Of a stretch of DNA of 41,318 nucleotides, positions 36,485 to 41,318 are shown one piece after another. The stretch's first letter is position 1; the number at the start of each line of letters is the position of its first letter. The DNA comes from Clostridium phage slur17. The notes beneath the pieces were generated by a model that saw only the letters and a list, made by a program, of their open reading frames with translations, did not search any database and was not told where the DNA came from. Location of the stretch: sequence record LN881738.1. One strand, 5' to 3'. The translations under genes were made by a program, and so were the position numbers.

Positions 36485-36697
36485 ATGACATGGAAAAATG
36501 AAATCAAAAGTATTCTTGTGAAAGAAAATATCAGCATGAATGAGTTAAATAATTTAATGAATGAATATAATAATAAGAATAATACAGTAGAGAATTTAAG
36601 ACAAAAAATAAATAATGAGACTATGAAGTATAGTGAAATCTTGACTATTGCTAATCTGATAGGATACGAAGTTGTTTGGAAGAAGAAAGAAAAGTAG
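36485..36697 (+). CDS. Small XRE-like HTH regulator divergent from the uncharacterised operon
   Basis: 70 aa; SD GAGAGGTG; ISMNELNNLMN ... YSEILTIANLIGYEV resembles an XRE HTH. The overlapping minus-strand ORF 36427-36720 is rejected. Confidence 0.45.
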   Translation: MTWKNEIKSILVKENISMNELNNLMNEYNNKNNTVENLRQKINNETMKYSEILTIANLIGYEVVWKKKEK

Positions 36698-36699
36698 AC

Positions 36700-36745
36700 A
36701 TAAAAAAAAGAAGGTAACAACTAACTCTAGTTGCTACCTTCTAAT
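36700..36745. terminator. Bidirectional terminator between the HTH gene and the endolysin gene
   Basis: About 15-bp stem AGAAGGTAACAACTA / TAGTTGCTACCTTCT with one mismatch; T-run on the minus strand (plus A8 at 36704-36711). Confidence 0.5.
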
Positions 36746-37552
36746 CTATCTATCAATAAAATCTAGTGCCTTGTAAAGTGTATCAAACCTATCATTACCC
36801 TTTATCATAGTAAATTTTTCTTTAGTCATAGAACCAATCTTTTCACATGCTCCACCCCCAACAACATAAAGATTTTGTGTCTGACCTGGTACATAATCTT
36901 TTATATCACATATTAATATTTTACCATCATTATAGCCCCAGCCAACTACAGTTGCGGGGATTTTGTCAACTTCTCCATCATAAACGATTGTATGTTTATA
37001 CATTTTCTTATCCTCACTATTTTCTTTATTATCTATTGTCTTATTTAAAATACCTTCTGCTATTAACTTAGCGACTATGTCTTTATGTCTAATATAATAG
37101 TCTGTATCTGCTTTACTATCTACGAAACACACTTCTATTAATATCGCTGGAGCTTTTGTATGACTAAGCCAGTAAAGACCTCTTGCGTCCGATTTTGCGC
37201 CTCTATTTTTAAATATTGTTGCTAGTTTCTCGTTGACTCTTTCGGCATATACCTTACCATTATTAGTTTTATATATCGTCTCTGTACCCATGACATTTAA
37301 TGTCGTATGGTCAGCGTTAAAATGTATTTGTACAGCTACATCTACATTTTGCTTATTGGCTATTTGACATTGCTCTGCTAAGTAGTTATTAGACTTATCT
37401 ACCTTACCACTATACACAGTAGCCCCACCCTTTTTAAGCCATTTAACAACCAAATCCATCAATATCCTATTTTCTGTTCCTTCATTTATATACCCTGTTG
37501 CTCCTGTTCCTTTTCCTGTTAGCGTATGCCCTGCTGTTAGTGCTACTCTCAT
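36746..37552 (-). CDS. Endolysin, N-acetylmuramoyl-L-alanine amidase (Amidase_3 type) with C-terminal domain
   Basis: 268 aa; MRVALTAGHTLTGKGTGA...ILIEVCFVDSKADTDYY matches the zinc amidase pattern; directly follows the holin-like gene. Confidence 0.85.
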   Translation of the reverse strand: MRVALTAGHTLTGKGTGATGYINEGTENRILMDLVVKWLKKGGATVYSGKVDKSNNYLAEQCQIANKQNVDVAVQIHFNADHTTLNVMGTETIYKTNNGKVYAERVNEKLATIFKNRGAKSDARGLYWLSHTKAPAILIEVCFVDSKADTDYYIRHKDIVAKLIAEGILNKTIDNKENSEDKKMYKHTIVYDGEVDKIPATVVGWGYNDGKILICDIKDYVPGQTQNLYVVGGGACEKIGSMTKEKFTMIKGNDRFDTLYKALDFIDR

Positions 37553-37816
37553 TTAAAGACCTTCTTTCTGTAACATGTCTTTTATGTCTGTTACATCTTC
37601 TTTGATTTCTTCTACGTCCGTTTTCATTGCTCCCATTTCAACAAGTATATTCTTATTTATCTCTTGTTGCTGTGTAGATAGTTCTATGAAATTTTCTACT
37701 GTTTTTTTATACATATCTCTATCTTCTTTTTTCTCCTGCATAGTGTTTTTGAACAGCAAAGCGCATAATATCCCTACTGCTCCTAGTCCACTTAGTTGTG
37801 TTATTAATTCTTCCAT
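37553..37816 (-). CDS. xhlA: XhlA-like holin/hemolysin-family small membrane protein
   Basis: 87 aa; one N-terminal transmembrane helix (LSGLGAVGILCALLF) followed by a charged coiled coil; abuts the endolysin start. Confidence 0.55.
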   Translation of the reverse strand: MEELITQLSGLGAVGILCALLFKNTMQEKKEDRDMYKKTVENFIELSTQQQEINKNILVEMGAMKTDVEEIKEDVTDIKDMLQKEGL

Positions 37817-37901
37817 AACTTTCCTCCTAATTTTGATTATTTATTTTTTATATAAAAAAAGATTAGACTATTAATCTAATCTTTTAGATGACTTATAAAC
37901 A

Positions 37902-39752
37902 TTAAATTGCTTGATACATTGCGTAAGTAAAATAACCGTCTCCGCTTTGGTCATATCTAGCCCCGCCTAATGTTATAAACTTTTTGGTTTCATCTTTATA
38001 GCCATTTCCTCTGCCTGCTTCTATACTTGTATTGTAGCCATGATACACAATTCCATAATAACTATTACCTTTATATCCATAACAATAAGTTATGCCTACA
38101 TAAGTACTATTAATAGTTTGCGGTGGGTTATCATCAGCATCCGCAAAGCCTGTGATAGTTCTAAAATAAGCAGTACTTCCTTGTATTGTGTTCTGTATAT
38201 TATTTTTGTAAGTTTGTAAAGTTGAATTTTTGCTAATTAATATGCTTTTAGCTGTATTACTTTTAACCATTCTGTTAAGTGCAAGTCCTGTAAGTGTTAT
38301 TTTGGTCATAGCCGTTGAGCTATTTGCAATTATGCCCATTGCTGTTGTATTATTTACAAAAACACTTATAGACGTATCGTTATTTGCAACTGTCGACATA
38401 GCTTGTGCGTTATTTGCAATTATGCCCATTGCTGTTGTATTATTTGCAATAGTAACGTTATTTTCTGAAATAGTGAGCATAGCATTGAAAGCAGTAGAGT
38501 TATTTGCTATCTTAGTAAAAGCAGTAGTTTTATTTACTAAAATATTTATAGCTGTTGTACTTTTCATAAAAGCATTTAATGACACTGTTTTACTGAAAAT
38601 ACTTTCTATAATTCCCACTCGGTCACCAACTTTATTTACTATAATAGAATTATTTGCAAAAGTTGCCATTGCGATTGAACTTTCTAAAATTGCATCCGAA
38701 ATTTTTATTTTTTCCTCAATATCTCGTTGTGATATATTACGTGTGGTTTCCATACCATCATAATTTTTTACTGCATTTTTTAAAATCGGGAATATTTCTT
38801 CATTATAAGTTATTGCCATAATTTGACCTTTACCAGAAGCAATATTTGATTTTATTGTATTTATATAATTTAAAGAAGTTTGTAAATTATACTTCATTTC
38901 TAATAAATTAGGGATTATTTTTTCAACAGTAACATTATTAGTTAATATTTTATTTATGCTATTTTGGTTTTGCACTAATACTTTTGTAGCTTCTAAGTCA
39001 TTAAATATTTCCATTACGGAGTTTTCGTTACTTGAAATTTGTGTCATAGCTTCATCACTATTTATAATCGCATCCCTAATCACATTATTTTTTAAAATTG
39101 CTCTAATGACTGGTGACTCTGTTGTAACTCTTAAAATATATTGACCTAATAAATCCATAGCATTTGAACTTGCTACAACTGCGTCCATGCTTGATTTACA
39201 CATAGTTAAAGCTACTATTGCATTACTATTATTAAGTATTGCATTAGTAGCTTCCACATTTGCTAATATTTCTTCTATAGTTGTAAGATTTTCTAAATCA
39301 GTATTATCTAAGCTAAAAGTAGAATTAAACCATGCTCCTATAGTTGACTTTTCTTGTTCTCTTGTAACATATCTATCATACCCTGCTTTAAATTTTTCCT
39401 CTAATGAATTATAATGCTCTATAGTCATTTCTTTTACTACATTATCAGCATTTCCTAAGCTAAATATATCTGTTCTATAAAAGGCATTTAATTGTTCCCC
39501 TAGCTTAGTGCTTTTATTAAATAAATTATCAATATCAGTTTCTGAAAAAGCTGTGTAAACTGTTTCTCTTATTCCTCTATCAGAAAATAAATATAAACTA
39601 TTTAAATATAATTCTTCCCATATCCTAGCATTTCCAATAAACAGCACATAACTATCTAATCCATTTAGTTTTATGTCTTGCAAATAACTTAAAAAATTTA
39701 GTGGCTCGCCTTGCAAGTCACTATTCACTTTGTATGTCTCCGCCCAACTCAT
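37902..39752 (-). CDS. Tail fibre / receptor-binding protein with tandem 19-20 aa Asn/Thr/Ala repeats
   Basis: 616 aa; repeats such as NNTTAMGIIANNAQAMSTVANNDTSISVF; Gly/Tyr-rich C-terminal globular region; start overlaps the upstream fibre stop by 1 nt. Confidence 0.6.
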   Translation of the reverse strand: MSWAETYKVNSDLQGEPLNFLSYLQDIKLNGLDSYVLFIGNARIWEELYLNSLYLFSDRGIRETVYTAFSETDIDNLFNKSTKLGEQLNAFYRTDIFSLGNADNVVKEMTIEHYNSLEEKFKAGYDRYVTREQEKSTIGAWFNSTFSLDNTDLENLTTIEEILANVEATNAILNNSNAIVALTMCKSSMDAVVASSNAMDLLGQYILRVTTESPVIRAILKNNVIRDAIINSDEAMTQISSNENSVMEIFNDLEATKVLVQNQNSINKILTNNVTVEKIIPNLLEMKYNLQTSLNYINTIKSNIASGKGQIMAITYNEEIFPILKNAVKNYDGMETTRNISQRDIEEKIKISDAILESSIAMATFANNSIIVNKVGDRVGIIESIFSKTVSLNAFMKSTTAINILVNKTTAFTKIANNSTAFNAMLTISENNVTIANNTTAMGIIANNAQAMSTVANNDTSISVFVNNTTAMGIIANSSTAMTKITLTGLALNRMVKSNTAKSILISKNSTLQTYKNNIQNTIQGSTAYFRTITGFADADDNPPQTINSTYVGITYCYGYKGNSYYGIVYHGYNTSIEAGRGNGYKDETKKFITLGGARYDQSGDGYFTYAMYQAI

Positions 39753-41318
39753 TAACTCACCTCTTCTTTTATTTCTTCTATTTGATTACCTTTAAAAGTC
39801 GTTTTTACTTTACTTACTAATACATTATCTATATATTTTTCGTCTACTATAGTCCCATCTGCATTAAATTTAGTTATAGTTTTACTAACCGAGTCTAAAA
39901 TATCTGTTATAGAGCCGTCTGAATTAAAAGTCGTGCTTTTTTTAATGTAATCTAACTCTTTCGGTTTTTCTAATAACTCATTCCATGTAACTTTTCCTTT
40001 TGACGCTTTCCCCGTGTCTTCTCCATTTATAAACCAATTACCGTTTTCGCCGATTGCTGGAGTATAACCTTGTTCCCCTCTAAGCTCTGTATATATATAT
40101 TCCGTTTGTCCTTCTTCTCTAATACCTAGCTGACTTCCATTCCAATTAAATTCTAATTTATTTCCTGTCGCTCCTTTTAGATTTGTATAGCTATAGTCCT
40201 CTTGACCTTCTATTCTAACGCCTAGCTCCGTACCATCCCAACTAAATTCAATGCTATCGCCTTTTTGACCTTTCAAATCTGTATAAGTATAATTCTCCTG
40301 TCCTTCTATCCTTACACCTAGTCGTGTGCCATCCCATGCAAATTCGATATTGTCACCTTTGAGGTCTATATACTTATAATCTAATTCGTATTGTTGCCTA
40401 ACGCCTAACTGTGTGCCATCCCAATTAAATTCTAGGTTCTTGCCGTCCACGCCCGCTAGAGAACCTAAGTCTTCCCATTTAGTTTGATATATATAAATAT
40501 TTCTCCCTATAATCCAGCAATCTCCGATAGTAGGGTCTAATGGTAAGTTATCTATAGAATCTAATTTTCCTAAAATCCTCAAAGATGCCCCTCTAGCTGG
40601 TTTTTGGGTATCTATATTATTAATCCACCAGTTTCCATTTTCTCCTATTGTTGGAGTATAACCCTGCTCCCCTTTCAATTCTGTATAACTATAATTTTCT
40701 TGACCTTCTATCTTTATACCTAATCGTGTGCCATTCCAATTAAATTCAATACTATCACCTTTATCGCCTTTTTGACCTTTTAAATCTGTATAAGTATAAT
40801 TCTCCTGTCCTTCTATCCTTATACCTAGTCGCGTGCCATCCCAATTAAATTCTAAGCCATCTCCATTTTCACCCTTTATTTTTATGTCAGGAACTTTGAC
40901 CCAATTAGTGTTGTCCCAAACATATAAATCAATTTGGTTTTCTATTGTTGCGCTTTTTACAAAGTAAGCATCACTTAAAGTTGGATTGACTGGAAGTGCT
41001 GATATATTATCTAAACTTCCTTTTATTTCTATTCCTACCCCTTTTAACTCTTCTTTTGTGGGGATTGCATTAATAGCGTCTGTAACTTCTGTCTGCATAG
41101 TTTCTTTAGCTGTAGTTACTTCGCTAATCATAGTATTTTTAGCTGTTGTAACTTCCGCTTTAACTGTGTTAACTTCGTCTATTAATGTTGTTTTAGTAGT
41201 ATTAACATCACTAATCATGCTGTTTTTAGCGTCTGTAACTTCTGTAACTTTAGAGTCGAAAGTTTCTTTTATACTATTAAATTCTTCGACCCTTTTACCT
41301 TCTGCGATTTCTAATTCT
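39752..41318 (-). CDS. Tail fibre protein with six ~30-aa tandem repeats; N-terminus lies beyond the window end
   Basis: The frame is open from 41318 down to the stop at 39752; the ORF track starts it at an internal Met (41218). Contains coiled-coil heptad-like units (EVTDAKNSMISDVNTTK) and six copies of (L/I)EFNWDGTRLGIRIEGQENYTYTDLKG. Confidence 0.6.
   Translation of the reverse strand, partial: ELEIAEGKRVEEFNSIKETFDSKVTEVTDAKNSMISDVNTTKTTLIDEVNTVKAEVTTAKNTMISEVTTAKETMQTEVTDAINAIPTKEELKGVGIEIKGSLDNISALPVNPTLSDAYFVKSATIENQIDLYVWDNTNWVKVPDIKIKGENGDGLEFNWDGTRLGIRIEGQENYTYTDLKGQKGDKGDSIEFNWNGTRLGIKIEGQENYSYTELKGEQGYTPTIGENGNWWINNIDTQKPARGASLRILGKLDSIDNLPLDPTIGDCWIIGRNIYIYQTKWEDLGSLAGVDGKNLEFNWDGTQLGVRQQYELDYKYIDLKGDNIEFAWDGTRLGVRIEGQENYTYTDLKGQKGDSIEFSWDGTELGVRIEGQEDYSYTNLKGATGNKLEFNWNGSQLGIREEGQTEYIYTELRGEQGYTPAIGENGNWFINGEDTGKASKGKVTWNELLEKPKELDYIKKSTTFNSDGSITDILDSVSKTITKFNADGTIVDEKYIDNVLVSKVKTTFKGNQIEEIKEEVS

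Noticed and set aside
34768-37874. ORFs 34768-34950(+), 36427-36720(-), 36847-37071(+), 37575-37874(+)
   Set aside because: Each overlaps a better-supported gene on the other strand (the 156-aa operon gene, the SD-preceded HTH gene, the amidase endolysin, the XhlA-like gene).
38230-39414. Plus-strand ORFs inside the second fibre gene (38230-38763, 38956-39144, 39187-39414)
   Set aside because: Antisense to a repeat-rich fibre gene; translations are Leu/Ile/Val-rich low-complexity.
37902-41318. Diversity-generating retroelement or invertase-switched fibre locus
   Set aside because: No reverse transcriptase ORF anywhere in the window; the fibre-associated repeats are direct, not inverted, and the serine recombinase is distant from the fibre genes.

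Overview
The whole 41.3 kb window is AT-rich (roughly 30% GC by eye) phage DNA from a low-GC Firmicute, probably a clostridial-type temperate siphovirus; no host housekeeping genes are visible. Almost all genes are on the minus strand. Reading the minus strand from high to low coordinate, the late operon runs: small and large terminase (20436-18420), portal, Mu-F-like minor head protein, two small inserted genes, scaffold, major capsid, four head-tail joining proteins, major tail protein, two tail assembly chaperones, an inserted DUF4236-like gene, a 1767-aa tape measure protein, Dit, Tal, a small ORF and the N-terminal part of a tail fibre (595-1). The window end carries the C-terminal part of a repeat-rich tail fibre (41318-39752), a second fibre, an XhlA-like holin and an amidase endolysin (to 36746). 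Both window edges therefore lie in tail-fibre coding sequence and share an identical 99-bp segment. The remaining 16 kb (20.4-36.7 kb) is the early/accessory region: serine recombinase, a tyrosine recombinase reduced to its catalytic domain, sigma-like regulator, SSB, many small unknown ORFs, an XRE-type repressor with divergent promoter region, an SF2 helicase operon, a hub of small membrane peptides with convergent antisense sRNA candidates (type I toxin-antitoxin-like), a ParA/RHH partition cassette flanked by AATATTGT repeat arrays, tandem 66-bp repeats, and an uncharacterised three-gene operon with its own divergent small HTH regulator. Partition genes plus a truncated integrase suggest a plasmid-like (episomal) prophage. 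All functional calls are from motifs and gene order recognised by eye; no database search was possible, and minus-strand start codons follow the supplied ORF track and are not individually verified.
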